Source of the DNA: Antedon mediterranea
Taxonomy: Eukaryota > Animalia > Echinodermata
Assembly (NCBI RefSeq): GCF_964355755.1
Contig: NC_092676.1
Coordinates: 28,042,871 to 28,106,870, forward strand
DNA length: 64,000 nt
Direction of reading: 5' to 3'
The notes below the pieces were generated by a model, which worked only from the letters and a program-made list of their open reading frames with translations, made no database searches and was not told where the DNA came from. Of the stretch, positions 40,301 to 55,300 are shown piece after piece (the stretch's first letter is position 1; each line of letters begins with the position of its first letter). A program made the position numbers and the translations under genes.

Positions 40301-43300
40301 CTCTGTTTGACAAAAAAAGTGTGATGTGCACAATTATGGTAGTAATATGACATCATCATGTCCAAATATAGGCGCATCACACTTTATGTTTGAATGTTTA
40401 TCAGTGTAGACAGAGCTTAGACTATCAAACTAGTTTGACAAAAAATGTGTGATGTTCCCCAAATATGGTAGGTCTAATGATATGCCCAAATATGGTAGTG
40501 ACATGACGTCATCATGTCCATATATGGGCACATCACACTTTTTTGTCACATATAGTTTTATAGTGTGGACAGAGCTTTAGATACCTTACCTAAGCTCATC
40601 ATTAAGTTTCCAATCTTCTCCTTGAGGGTGTATGCCAGATGCTGCCTCGCTCAGACTATCGAACACGTTACGCGCCGTGTCCTTGTCGATTGGTTCGTCA
40701 TCCGATGATTCGTCAACGTTCACAGAAACTAAATCTCGAATGCTTCTTATTGTGTCAACTTAAAAAAATAAAAAAGACAATAAACTCGAGTAAAACCTTT
40801 AAATTAAATAGCTTGTTTATTTACAAGATTCAAAGCGGCCTATTTTTATTCTACAGCTCACTATGTCAGTCGGTTGGTTGGTCGGTCGGTCCGTTGGTCG
40901 GTAAACACTAACACAGCCATCTATATGGCCTTGTTAGACTTGTTATTGTATTTTTGTAGTAATTGCTCTTGTTTATTTTAGTTCGACGTTTCATTTTGTC
41001 TAAAAATTTCGTAATTGTATTATACGTATGAAACGCCATATGTGCAAAACTATTTATCTTTTTATATTGCGGTCTAGAAGCTAGACTATGCACATGCAGT
41101 CACAGGGAATGGCAAAAGGTTTCCTACTTTATAGGATTTTTATCAGATAATATATATTTTATTGCTGATTTTGCCATTTTCCCTCTAACTGCAGGCCTAT
41201 TTTATTTAAATAAATCTGGTACTTACGTTTTGAAGTTTTATTCATACACGGGTAAGCCAAATATTTGGTTTGATCTAGAAATGCTTTTCTGTCATTTGAG
41301 CCCAGGTTTTCATCAGACTGAGCGCGTTTTAACATGTATGCCTGCATTTCACCGTACTCCTGTAGCAGCCTACTGTCGCATGATGATGCTACGTCACGCT
41401 TTCTGCGACGGGCGCCGTCAAAGAAATTCTCTATAAGGGAAGTCAGGCTTATGGTGGCTTTTAAAAGTGCACCTGTAACAAATTAAAAATTAATATTTTA
41501 TAATAGAAAATACAAAAAACCAAAAAAAAAAATTTTTTTCAAACCAACAATGTAAAACACTAATATCATGTTGAATATATCGTTTATCTTTATACCTTTA
41601 TGTCTTGATTTACCTTTCATTACTTCATTTTCAACATTTATAAAATAATATTCTTGTCCTTCTTCTTCTGACAAAGCTGTCGCTACTGTCGTTATTGGTT
41701 TCTTTTTATTTATACATTTTTTTCTTGCATCACAAATCTATGTTAAACACAAATATCTACTATTACTAAGCCTGTAGCTTACAGTGCTACTTAGGATAAG
41801 AAAACAGCATTGCAATACAATTATTTATAATGATCTTTTATATTATTCAACAAGGAGGCGGATCTGTTCGCGCGAATCGATAGCCTAAGCTTATACGCAT
41901 GCGCAGAGAGGAATTTGGAAGATGAAAACATGAATACGTATACGTAGGCCCTATAAGCTGACGATTTCGATTCGCGTGAACAAATTTAATTAGCCTAGTG
42001 GAAAATCGGCTAATAGGCAAGACAATATTATAGCAACTACGGTAATAAATAAGACTTTTAAAATTATGTTTATACGCGAAGTTACACCACACAATTTGAA
42101 TCTAATCTAGTATAAACTTTAGGCCTACCTTGACCAAGAGTTTAAAATCCGTTTGACCAGCCACGGCATCAAAACTGGCATCATTGGTAGCTTGTGATAT
42201 TATACTAGTGTCACTGGATGAAGTGTCTTCTATAAGAGCCTGGTAGTTTAGAGGGTAATTGTCCTCATCTGCTACGCAGCCTGTAACGTTAACTAGAAAC
42301 TGGGGTGCAATTAATTTGATTTAGTTAACATTTTATACCAACTCAATATAACTAAAGGTCTGTCTACACTATCAAACTAGTTTGACAAAGTGCGATGTGC
42401 CCAAATATGGTAATAATATGACATCATCATGTCCATATTATGAGCACATCACATTTTTTTGTCACACACAATTTGATAATGTAGACAGACCTTTAGGCAA
42501 TGTTAGTTGTAATGGTTGACTACATATTCACAAAACAAGACTCCATATAATTAAGGCAATATTGGACAATCATAGTATACAATAATTAATAATGAATGTT
42601 TATGAGTGCAATGTGGCAAATAATGTCGTTCCGGTTGATTATTGTGTAACAACATGAATATGTACTCTGACGTCAGAGTTTAATAGTATATGTATATTGG
42701 AGATCATGTGACCCATAATCCTCCAATCAATAACAAGAATCGGTACAGGTGTATTATAATAGAAGATATGCAACAAAGAAAACAACCCAATTACCCTTTT
42801 CTTTGTGATCCTTCTATTTTGTCGGACTAAAGCGTGGTTCCCACTAGCGACGCAGCGACGTATCGACGCAAAGTGCTGTATTGCGATGGGGACCCTCCAA
42901 AGAAATTGCATTTTATTTGTCGGGCATTTGTATGATTTGTTTTATTTTTTTGAATGCGCCTTGAGCACTCTTGAGTGGTATGTGCGCTATAAAAATCCTG
43001 TTATTATTAGTGGGAACCGACAACGCAAATATCGCAAGTTTGATTTCACGCAGGCGGGGGCAAACACAATTATTGGAAGGTTTCGTTATGTTACGTTGCG
43101 TCGCTAGTGAGAATAAAGCGTGGTTCCCACTAGAACGCAACGCAGTGACGTATTGACGCAAAGTGATGTATTGCGTAATCACAAGTGGGAACCGACGACG
43201 CAACGGCGTAGGTTTGATTTAACGCAGGCGGGGGCAAACACAATTATTGGAAGGGCATTTTCTTACATTGCGTAGGTTGCGTTACGTTGCGTCGCTAGTG

Positions 43301-46300
43301 GGAACCAAGCTTTAAGCTGGACTAAATATAACTGTTTAAACTGCCTAACTTTGATGGAGAATGTGTGAACAAGAACACCACCGTCATAAATAAATTATAT
43401 GTGGCCACGCTCCAACACGTTTGGATGTTGACCGATTATAGATATAGGCCTAAAAACTGAATATCAAAAACATACCTTAAAGGGTGGGTTGACTTCGTCT
43501 TGCGCTGTTATTTCACAGTTTCGGATACCTCTGTTTGTCTTGATCTCAATTGTACTGGTTCCCGTACGTCCATCTTGTGACGATGCTGTAAACTTTATCA
43601 AATATTTTGCGTCTTCTGCAACAACACCTTTAAAACAGTATTTTGATTACTGATAATTAACTATTTTAATTATATGACTTTTTATAATGCATACTGTGGA
43701 CCAAATGGAATATAAAGTCAGACATTGATTCGTTAAGTATTAACCGATTCTTTAATCCACAGAGTTTAATCTAAGTTGACAAAACCCAATGGTATGTGCG
43801 CTAAAGTGTGGTTCCCACGAGAACTCAACGTAACGCAGCGACGTATCGACGCAAAGTGCTGTATTGCGTAATCACAAGTGAGAACCGACGACGCAACAGT
43901 GCTGCAAACATCGCTTCGATCACATCGGTTTGATTTCAGGAGGCGGGGGCAAACACAATTATTGGAAGGGCATTTTCTTATGTTGCGTAGGTTGCGTTAC
44001 GTTGCGTCGCTAGTGAGAACCACGCTTAAGCCTAATTTGCACTGCTTTTGTAATCGGTAAAATTGGGTCTCCAAGACTTTTGCCAGACTTTTGAGGTTAA
44101 TTATAAGATACTGCTTTTGGTATAGGATCTATAAAATAATAGTAAATAAAAGAAAGAGGGATAGACCTCATTCGAGATGGAGGGATAAGCTCGTCCTGAG
44201 ACAGACCAGGGATGCTCCCTGAGACAGACTGGCACCACAGCATGGCCAAGATTGGCGAAAGACAACTGGCACCCGTTAAGAGAGGAGGCCTTTGCTTAAT
44301 AGTGGGACGATATGGGCTGAAGAGAGAAAGCTAGTAATAGTAAATTTATGTATTTACCAGGTTTCAAATTCAAGTGCACTGTACTACATCTTTGTGTGCT
44401 GCTAATTTTTGGCGGTACTCGAAAGTTTTTCGGATCTTCAAGATCCATGAATCCATACGCTGTGAATGTAGACAATAATATTATATTGTTAATATTTCAT
44501 TTTATAACTGTCCATCTTGGGTACCTATTAATGTCACACTGTAAACGTGATTTATTTTTGAACAAACAAAGTTTTAACATTGAATCACATTGGCCTGCCT
44601 CGCTATTTTGGAGTGTGTTTTAATGTCACTACCGTATAGTGTCTTTAAATACCGTACAATGTATTTGTTATCGCTCTAGTGTAAATGGATGTTTACACTC
44701 ACCGTCTTCGCCGGATACATCGGTTTCCCACGTAAAGTTAGATATTGTCAAGTCGCCACGAATTTTTGCTTTAATGTCAATGTTATCTTGAATGCTGTAC
44801 ACGCCGTCATCATTTTTCATTAGTATTAGATCAACCTAATTTAAAATTTACAACATGGAAATAGTTTACACCGATGTGATGATAATTTCAAGAAGGCAAT
44901 TCCTGTTTTTGTGCAGATTACATAATAATAATAATAATAATAAGATTTTTATAGCGCACATACCACTCCAGAGTGCTCAAGGCGCATTTAAAAATAAAAA
45001 AGAAATAAATCATACAAATTCCTGACAAATTACACTCATAAATCTAAGTTGTTAAGCTTATTTCTGACTACAGGACAAACGCAATGTAAGCTAGTCGACC
45101 AATCAATCACAAGCGATGGATTATTCACTAAAGCCTGTTTTCCTGTCGACGTTATTCGACGCTATTGTTAACAAAAATCGGCGATCTTCTACGTAAACAT
45201 TGAAATTTTTACGATTTACAGGAAAGGGTACTTTTTTAACTAACGACGACGATACAAAATGTCGGCGATTTACAGGAAAAGGTGTAATAATCGACGGTAA
45301 CCGACGCTACAAGTCGCGATCGTTGACAATCGCAAGAGTTGAATCCAGTTCAACTCTAGCGATATCGCAACGCTTAAACGTAAGAACTGACCAATCATCA
45401 TGGCGATACAGCACATGACGTCCCATAATTGATGGCAAATTCTGCTGACTACATTTTATTTTTGTTGCATCGCGGCGCGGTCAAAGCTAGGACTAGCCTT
45501 ACCAAAGTTACTATAAAATGATGTTCCGGAAAGTAGGCGCGTGGATATTAGGTAGGTCAAAGTTCTCAGCCTAGTCCAACATACAATTTGGACTAGGATA
45601 GGCCTACTGAGAACGAAGAACCATCAGTATAGAGATATTAGTATGCCTAGGCCCACGTCTCTTACACTGTGAGCCTACTGCTAGAGGCAGGGGAGTCCTC
45701 TATTCATTTTTGCGCGTTACGACGACGTCGAGAAAGAAAACAGGCTTTAAGTAAACTCTAGAAATCAAATGTTCGCGCTATCGTTAACATTTCAACTTGA
45801 TCGTTTTCAAACGATGGTCGTTGAACTTTTAACGATTAACGATGATAGCGTCGACTAACGTCGACAGGAAAACAGGCTTTATTGGTCAACTCACTTGCGT
45901 CGCGTCTACGTCATCGCGTTGCGTCCTAGTGGGAACCAAGCTTTACATACAACAATGTAATATGCTTTTCTTATGGTACATTCACAGTTGTTCAGTTTCA
46001 TGGAATGGAAGAAGGTGCCTTTCTATTCTTTATACAATTTTCCATTATTAAAACAAAATGGTGACGTCTTCCGTTAAAACAGTGCTATGTGTAGTTTTAT
46101 AGTCTGAAGGTACGGTAATTCTCGTATAGGAAAAACAATAATGACGTTGAGCCGAAACCGCTCCGTCTTTTACCTTTAAGAGATCGTCTTCTGAGCAGGA
46201 TCTTGTAACGTTAGTAGAGTGAAACCTTGAACCCTTCTGGACGATCAGTGTGAAGGTATATTCCACTCCAGGTGTCATCTGTTCTGAATAGAACCTTATT

Positions 46301-49300
46301 GTGCTGTTAGACCTTTGTTCATTAGACGGGAATTCGATGTTATTTTCACCTTCACGGTAAGAAAAACACGGTCTACTGTCTATTGTCTGTAGAAAATAGA
46401 GAAGAGTAAACAAAAACAACAGAAACAAATCGATTTTTGACAAAGTGAATAACCCGAATTTACATAAACATGGTCTACCTCTTAAGCGTGGTTCCCACTA
46501 GCGACGCAACGCAAGGACGTAACGCAACGAAAGTGAATTGACCAATCACAAGCGATGGCTTATTCGCTTGTGATTGCTAACTGTCTATAACTTCGCTTTT
46601 CATTGGTCAAAACGCTTGCGTTGCGTTTACGTCCTTGCGTTACGTTCTAGTGGGAACCAAGCTTTATTGTACTAAATTACTACGTTACAACGATAAGAAA
46701 TTTCAGATTTTCAGTTCTTAAAGCAATTGCTTAAGCTTGGTTCCCACTAGGACGCAACGCAAGAACGTAAGCGCAACGCAAAGACATAAGCGCAACGCAA
46801 AGACATAAGCGAAACGCACAAGCGAGTTGACCATTTACAAGCGAAAATGTGGATAATCCCCATCGCTTCTGATTGGTTGAATTGCTTACGTCGTTGCGTA
46901 CGTCCTAGAGTGGGAACCAAGCTTTATGCTAAATTAATAATATATACAGAAAAACACCACTCTATACTCTGTAAAATATCCTATAAACTACAATCACGTG
47001 GTATACTTACCTGTTCACATGTCCAGGTGTAGACCATTTCTAAATCATCTTTATCCGGGTCTTTAGATCCACTGCCATCAAGCATGACCTCGCCACTACT
47101 ACAGCCATATTGACTACTTTTACCGCCTTTAATCCGGGCTTTTAGGTCAGACGCCACGGTTGTGACATCTATGAAGTCTGTTGCAACTTTTGACGGTTCC
47201 TCTTTCTTGTAAACCGTGACGTTAAACCGTGTCGTCATACCGCCTTTAAGGCCAAACTTCGGGATACGGAATATTCTATTTTCAGATATTCGACTCTTTT
47301 CGTCAATGTAACGAACATCGTCCTTGTTCCAATCCCATTTAAAGACAGTGTCTCCAACAGGGAAACACGTCATATCATACTTCACTTTTGCGTTAAGGAG
47401 TATCCTGAAACATAAACATTACATTAAACTATCCTCTATCCTAAAACTTACTCTAAATCTGTATCTATGAGCTCAAGTATTATACGTATGAAACGTCATA
47501 TGTGTCAAAATATTTATATTTGTACTAATATTAATTCGAAAACAAGGTCTATAGATAGACTTGTACTTGCTATCCTCGGGTATTTTACCGTCGTTATCAG
47601 CCTCATCAGTTACTTCATTTATCTCATGAATAGGTGGATGTATACTATTGTTAACACAACCCCTTCCCAAACCATCCCCTATACAACTATCGTTATCAGT
47701 GACGTCACAACACTAACCCAACAAGAGATAGATGCTCTCTTTCTTCCTTTTTTCATCTTTCATACTTACGGTTGATAGACACGGCCCGCCTGTACGTCGC
47801 CTTCCTTTACCTTGATAGTAACAGTAGGTTTGGCATCGCTAGTCTGTCTAAACCTCCGCGAGACATTGTGCCGCAGTCCTAGGCTTTTCTCAACAACAAG
47901 TGTTATTTCATAATCTACATCATGAGTAAAGTTAGCGGTAAATGTAAATGCTTTTTCACCTTTGCCTTCATTACGACCTAGAGGGGAAAAAGGAAAATGT
48001 AAACCAAGCTTTAAAATGTCACAATTATGAACAGATTTTGTTCAGTTTTGGGGAAAATATAAAACATAGCATATACTGTGTGAAAACATACCGTTATGTC
48101 TATCAAGCACCATTTGTAAGGCATCAGTGTTGATACTGCCGTTAACTGCTCTGATAAACCATAGATACTTCAAAAGCCCTGTTCCTCGTGATTTGTCACC
48201 CCTCAATTCCAACCCTTTGCTGCATGCCGATATTTCACTGGGTAATTCGCAGATAGCTATGGGTGGTTTGGGATTCCTTGGCGGTTGAACCACAACTGGT
48301 TTTCTAGCAGATTCTCGTGAGTTTTCAGCACCATAACCTCTGATTGCACCCTCTAGGACTCGCATCATGGTAATATCTAAACAAAAATAATTACGTTAAC
48401 TTAAAAAGCCAACAGATATTTCAAAAAGTGTAATGAAGTAAAGTCTAATGCTAATATCGTAATACATAACACTAGTTTTGAAAATCGCGTTTCATGCAAC
48501 AACACAAAAACGCGTTTCATAATGCACCCCATGATGATGATCATTATTCTAACCATACAATTTGTTTAATACTGCAAAATATTCGCCATGTCCATTTCAT
48601 CATGACGTAATCGTTACGTAATCATAATCAACTAGGTTAATGCAAATACGTGTTGATGTTGCCTTACTGGGTATGATATTGTGATTCTTTCCTAATTGCA
48701 CAATCAGTGACTGCAAGCTGTTCCATTTGCATTCCGCCTTAACCCCCAGTCTGTTGGAATCCTCGAATATCAATGTACAGTTATCCAAGCCGACATTTTC
48801 AACCTTTTTATCAAATCTAACCTTCAGTCGATCCTCTACAAATTAATCAAATTTCAAATAATTACAAATGAGTATGATGTACTAGAGAACCAGAAATGAT
48901 GTCATCAAGAAATAGGTTAAGTCAGGCTAACAACACTCAAGTTGTTAATTCTCTATAAACAAACAAATATGGTCTGAGGCAGTGGCGTTACGGCTATAAA
49001 CGCTCACTGGCTAAACACAGGGTCCCCAGAGCTCAAGGGGCCCAAGAGCATGAACAGTCCAATAAAACTACCCAGGCCCCTTGAGATTGCTAAACCATGA
49101 GCCTTCGCCCTGTACGTTACGCCACTGCCTCTTACAGAATCGGCACATCAGAGTACTTGAATCCCACTAGCCTGGACGACACAGACGTACTATAAACGGC
49201 GGTCAAATTTATAGAAGCACCTAAGTTAGTAAAGAAAAGCAACGGAATTGTCAGCCAAAACGTTAATATTTAAAGTACGTTCACACTGCAATCAAATAAT

Positions 49301-52300
49301 GAACCAACCATTGTTAGTCATTAGAATACTTGAGAGCTTTGGCCCTACGGTGTAAACGGTCACTCGGAAGCCGTCTTCGTTGTTATTTCTATCCGTTAAT
49401 GGATGACGCCCGTCCAACGACGGCTGAATCATAAATGACTTTGAAGAACATTTCTTAAATTCAAAGCTGAAGTTCATTTTTGTGTTTGATACAACTCTCC
49501 CGTCTAAAACGGCAAAATCACGTGATCCACCCGCAACATCCAAAACTTTCTTCAGTTGATCTACAAGAAATCAAATAAGTTTTTCGTAATTAAAATCAAT
49601 AGTAGTTGTTACCACATCAAGAGAATAATTATTGTTAATGTTGTACTTCTGTATATATCAATATTAAAATCATGAACGGTGCGAATATTCAATGTAAACG
49701 ATTAACTACCACATACTAATAAGGGCTAATTTACACAGACGAGCGGTAACGGTAACACACATATAGAATGTATGTTTCTTATGACCATTTACACAAAGCG
49801 TGGAGCAGACAGACGGACAAGCTACACGTTTTTCCCCTTACCGTTATCGCTCGTCTGTGTAAATTGGCCTTAATACTAATAGAGCATTTCAATCCACATA
49901 CGCTCGTCCATAGCAACCATCATGTAAGCATCAATGTCAACATCATCCTTCCCCCTCCCCCACTTGCACTTACCACCTCGCACTATGAGCTTTGGCACCA
50001 GCCCATCATAATCATTAAGGCGGGCACCACTTTCTAGCGTAACTTGGAGTTCAAATTCCAGCGAGCGACCCTTTATGGCATCGAATTCTCTGGGTTCAAC
50101 TGATACTACAGTTGGCGCTGATGAATTAAGAATAAAAATACAAAAATGAGTATCAACAGTTATGAAAAAATGAAATAAATTATGTAAAAATGAAAACCCC
50201 CAGCCCTATACGTTGATAAATATTAAACTAAGCAGTTTTATAGTTGTGGAAAGTGTAGAAAAGTTTCAAATCATGAATTATGCATAAACGACTCACGATA
50301 TCTCATGAATAATTCATGATTTAATATATTTCTAAACAAATTATTGAATTTGAAATTGAAAGTAGTAGTAAACAATATGTGGTGTACGCAGAGTCATAAT
50401 ACGTGATCGCACATATTCATAATTATAAAATTTTTTATTAATTGGGTTAAGGCAGAAATGAATGAATAATTCACCTCATTATAGGAGAAAAAATAATGCG
50501 CCCAGGCTCAAGAAATAATATTGACTTACGTTCATACACTGATATGGTAATCGGTTCTGTGCCATTTATTTCATCACCATCTCTGCTTATAACAGCAACG
50601 TCATAAACGTCTAAAAAATAGTTTATATTGTTAAATACAATTTGTTTAATTTAAGAAATGTCCGTTTTCGGCAATATATACCGCTCCGATTTTTAGACTC
50701 GACTACAAAATAAGACAATTACCTTGTTCAAGAGTTTCTCCTTCTGACGACTGGCACGTGACGGCAGTATTCGTTACGTCAGTCACTGGCCATTCGACGA
50801 TGACGTCATTTGAAGTTGTCGACGAGAGCATACAATTAGTTATTTCGTTACGGCGAACGTTCCGAGAAACGCGTACATTACTACTATCGAATCCAGCGCC
50901 GTGTATAGTAATCTAATAAAAACATAACTAAAAAAATAACTTAACTTAAAATATAGTTTAAATAACGATAATAATAAGCAGTGAATATAATAACAAAAAT
51001 ATAATAATTGATAAATAACATAATACTATTAAAGTTATTATATTATTAAAAATTAATTTGATACGATGGTTTCTAATAGGACGCACACAAGGAGCATTTC
51101 AGATGATTCGTTTCTTGAGATTGGTCAAATTACTTGCGTCACGTCAGAGGCAAGGAAAGAGTGCAATTATTATTACTTAAGCGTGGTTCCAACTAGCGAC
51201 GCAACGCAAGGACGTAACGCAACGCAAGTGAATTGACCAATCACAAGCGATGGCTTATTCGCTTGTGATTGCTAACTGTCTATAACTTCGCTTGTCATTG
51301 ATTAAAACGCTTGCGTTGCGTTTACGTCCTTGCGTTACGTTATAGTGGGAATCAAGCTTTACAGGTAATAATATTAACATAAACATTTTATATATAATGT
51401 ATACGTTCAAACATATTTTATACAAAAGAAACGTCCATGTTATCTCCATGGTAAATAACAAATGTTTTTGTAATAAAATGGTAAATCGATTAATATTCAC
51501 AATAGGTATAATATGCACAAAGCTATCGATCGATCGATCATGTTAAATAAGGCCATCCGTTGTAATGGATTTTCTAAAGAATAAATTACCGGTGTTCACG
51601 TTCAATATGTACATACTTGGTCTTGTTTGGCTGTTTAAACCATGAAGGTCGATTTTAAAGCGTGGTTCTCACTAGCGACGCAACGTAACGCAATCGACGC
51701 AATGTAAGAAAATGCCCTTCCAATAATTGTGTCTGCGTGAAATTAAACCTACGAAGTTTGCAGAACTATTGTGTCGTCGGTTCCCATTCGTGATTACGCA
51801 ATACAGCACGTTGCGTAGGTTGTGTTACGTTCCCCCGCTATGTGGGAACCACGCTTTAGAACAAAATTAGATAAAACTTCCAATGGAAAGTTAGTACCTG
51901 TTGTGTTCCTGAGTTAGGTAGCAGTGCTGGTTCCACGGACTTAATAACTTGACAACTCGATCCATCGCCATCACATATGCCACATGCATCTTCGACAAGG
52001 CCACTACAACATTACCCAAAGACAGTAATATATATGTATACAAATTTAGAAAATAATTAATTAATAAAAGTGGTTTAATTTTGATAAAGGCGCTATAGAA
52101 ATAATAATGTTAATTCTAATGTTAATATTTAGCCTAAAATTCTTGCGATTGTTATTATTTGGACAGATATAGGCCTAAGTTTATTTTATATTTTAACTGA
52201 TAATTGTGGAGATATACTTTTTTAAAGCCTTGTCTACACTATTAAACTATGTGATGACAAAAAAATGTGATGTTCCCATATATGGACATGATGATGTCAT

Positions 52301-55300
52301 ATCACTACCATATTTGGGAATATCACTACCATATTTGGGCACGTCAGGTTTTTTTCAAACTTGTTTGTAATTACCCCGCGGACAACTACCTCTGACACAA
52401 CACAATACTCCCCGTAGGACAACTACCTCCTGGACCTGGACAATACTCCGAGGGCAAATAATCTTTTAGGACAACTACCTCCGTAGGACAACTAACCCCT
52501 GAACAACTACCACCCAGACAACTATCCCTTTAGAACAACTACCCCCCCCCCCCGGACGGACAACTACCACCCAGACCATTCAACAACCTGACTCTGCAAC
52601 AGTGTATAATAGGAATTAATAACTATATTTTAATTCGTTACTTTGACGAATTACTATTCATTATTGTAAACAAAAGTAAAAGATTGAACATAAATATAGT
52701 CCTAAGGGAGGGGGTAGTTATCCGAGGGGTAGTTGACTGGGGGTAGTTGACCGGGGGGTAGTTGACCGGGGGGTAGTTATCCTAAGGGGGGGGGGTAGTT
52801 GTCCTAAGGGGGTAGTTGTCCGGGGGTTGTTATCCTAAGGGGTAGTTGTCCTAAGGGGGTAGTTGTCCGGGGAGTAGTTTTCCGGGGGGTAGTTGTCCGG
52901 TTGGTAAACATCCGGGGGGTAACTGTCTAGGGGGTAGGTGTCCTAAACCCTTTCATGTAATTCTAGGATAATTGGATCTGAATTTAAAAAGAAAATTGTC
53001 GACTGGTCGGGAGGCTGGGGGTAGGCCTAATATTACATATTCGACTCAACTAAAACATGTCTCGCTCCAGGTTTACAGTTAATCGTCTTATTGTACTATA
53101 CTAACCTGTTTGGAACATTATCACAACCGTTACACTTGGTTTTTTCTTCTTCTGGAGCGTTGAGGCATACGCCGCATTCGTTTTTCACCGGTTCACCTCT
53201 AACAACGCAGATACCACACTCTTTGTCGATACGAGCTCTGTTACGACCTAAAACAATAGAAAACATTGAAAATTCAGATAATGTCAATTTTCCTGTTTGA
53301 AATATTTTTGTTGAGTCAAAATTGGGGTTTTTTCAATTTCGGTTATCTGATAAGTTATCCGTCGGTTTCTAAAACTTGGTGGCCTCATTTGGACGCAACG
53401 AAACGACGTAGGAGCAAGAACACCAGTGATTTAATCTATCGCGTCGTGATTGGTCAAATTCTAAAGCTTGGTTCCCACTAGAACGTAACGCAAGGACGTA
53501 AACGCAACGCAAGCGTTTTAACCAATGACAAGCGAAGTTATAGACAGTTAGCAATCACAAGCGGATAAGCCATAGCTTGTGATTGGTCAATTCACTTGCG
53601 TTGCGTTACGTCCTTGCGTTGCGTCACTAGTGGGAACCACGCTTTAGCGTTGCGCTTACGTCCTTGCGTTGCGTGGGAGCCAAGATTTAGGCTACTAATA
53701 TAATAGTGTCAATTACTCACCGTTTGTACAAGCCCCATTACAATCGGCGGCGGAAGGAATGATACCATCAGGCCCTACTCTCACGCAATCGCCGCAATCG
53801 TTTTCACCATAGGAAAATGTTCCTTCAAGTTCGCAGACTCCTTTGCAATTGATACGATGACTGTTCTTATCTACCGCCAGTCCAGTCTCTCCACCTTAAA
53901 CAACAAAAGGATATGCTTTTACATATTAAGGCCTTGTCTACACTACCAGACAAAAAAACACCTAACCCTTACCCACATATGGACATGTCATATCACTACC
54001 ATATTTGGGAATATCACACATTTTTTGTCAAACTACAGTAGTTTGATAGTGTAGACGAGCTAAACAATCGTTCCCGAAACCCAAATTACCGTAAACGTAT
54101 AATATAACTATAACTTGTGCTTACCGACACACTCTCCACATTTGTCTGACCTGGCATTTCCATTACAAGTTCCGTGACAATCTTTAGTCGTGTGCATAAT
54201 TATTGTATCTGTACCGGATACTTGGCATTCACCACAGCTGTCCTTGCCTGCGTCCCGTCCTCGATTAGTGTTACCACCAACACACAGTTCACAGTCGTTT
54301 AACACCGCTGTACCACCACAGTCACCATTACAGTCAGTTTCTACATCACATTCTGAAAAACACACATTAATTGGAAAATGTTATTTGATACGATGACTGG
54401 TAAAGTAAAAGTGGAATGAGTTCACAATCGTTATTAATGGTTTATTAATAATTTAATGAGAGTTTAATTATGATGTTGGAGAATAAAAGTATGTTTGTAT
54501 TTAATTGTAAAATAAACTATGTGAAAAATAGATAAATATATTGTAAACAAAATATGTTAAGTTATGTGTTAAGAGTTAATAATGAAAAGGAAATGAAAAA
54601 AAAAACAATGTTAATAGGATAAATAGGCCTATAAGAAAATATTTATGAAACAAATGTGTTAACTAGAAAAAACATTGTTAAGAAAGTATATTTTAAAGCA
54701 CAGTATATAAGCTAAACTATGTTTGTAAACATATTAGTTAAGTCGAAGATGCTTTCCAGATGGAATGCCATCCTGAGATGAGTAGTAGTAATTTTGTTTA
54801 TTTTATTTATTTCATTTATATGTAATTTACTTTCTATGGACCAGAGTTTCCGAAATAAAAGATTGAATGAATGAATTAAAAACACAATTGAAAAGTTAGA
54901 ATATGTAAAATGCTGTTCTACAGTACATAACTATGATAAGAGAAATGTACAGTACAGTTATATATGAAAATAAAAGTGGGTTGAAAAAAAAAATACTTAA
55001 AAAATATTTCTGGACATCTGGACGTCATGTAAATGTTTATTTGTTTTGGACTGTTTACAAATTTAAATTATCGCACAATTATCTCACCACCCAATCATGA
55101 GTATTTGAGTACTTATCTTTTAAGCAAGGTAATTTTATTTACCTTTACATCGTTTTCATAATTTGTTGAGTATTATCGACGTCATAAAAATACATTAATG
55201 TATTTTTACGGCTGAAGTTGCGAAGGTATTGAAGGCGGGCGAGGCAACTGGCCCCATGACACCAGGCGGCAGTCCTCTAACAATTCAAGCCGCTACCACA

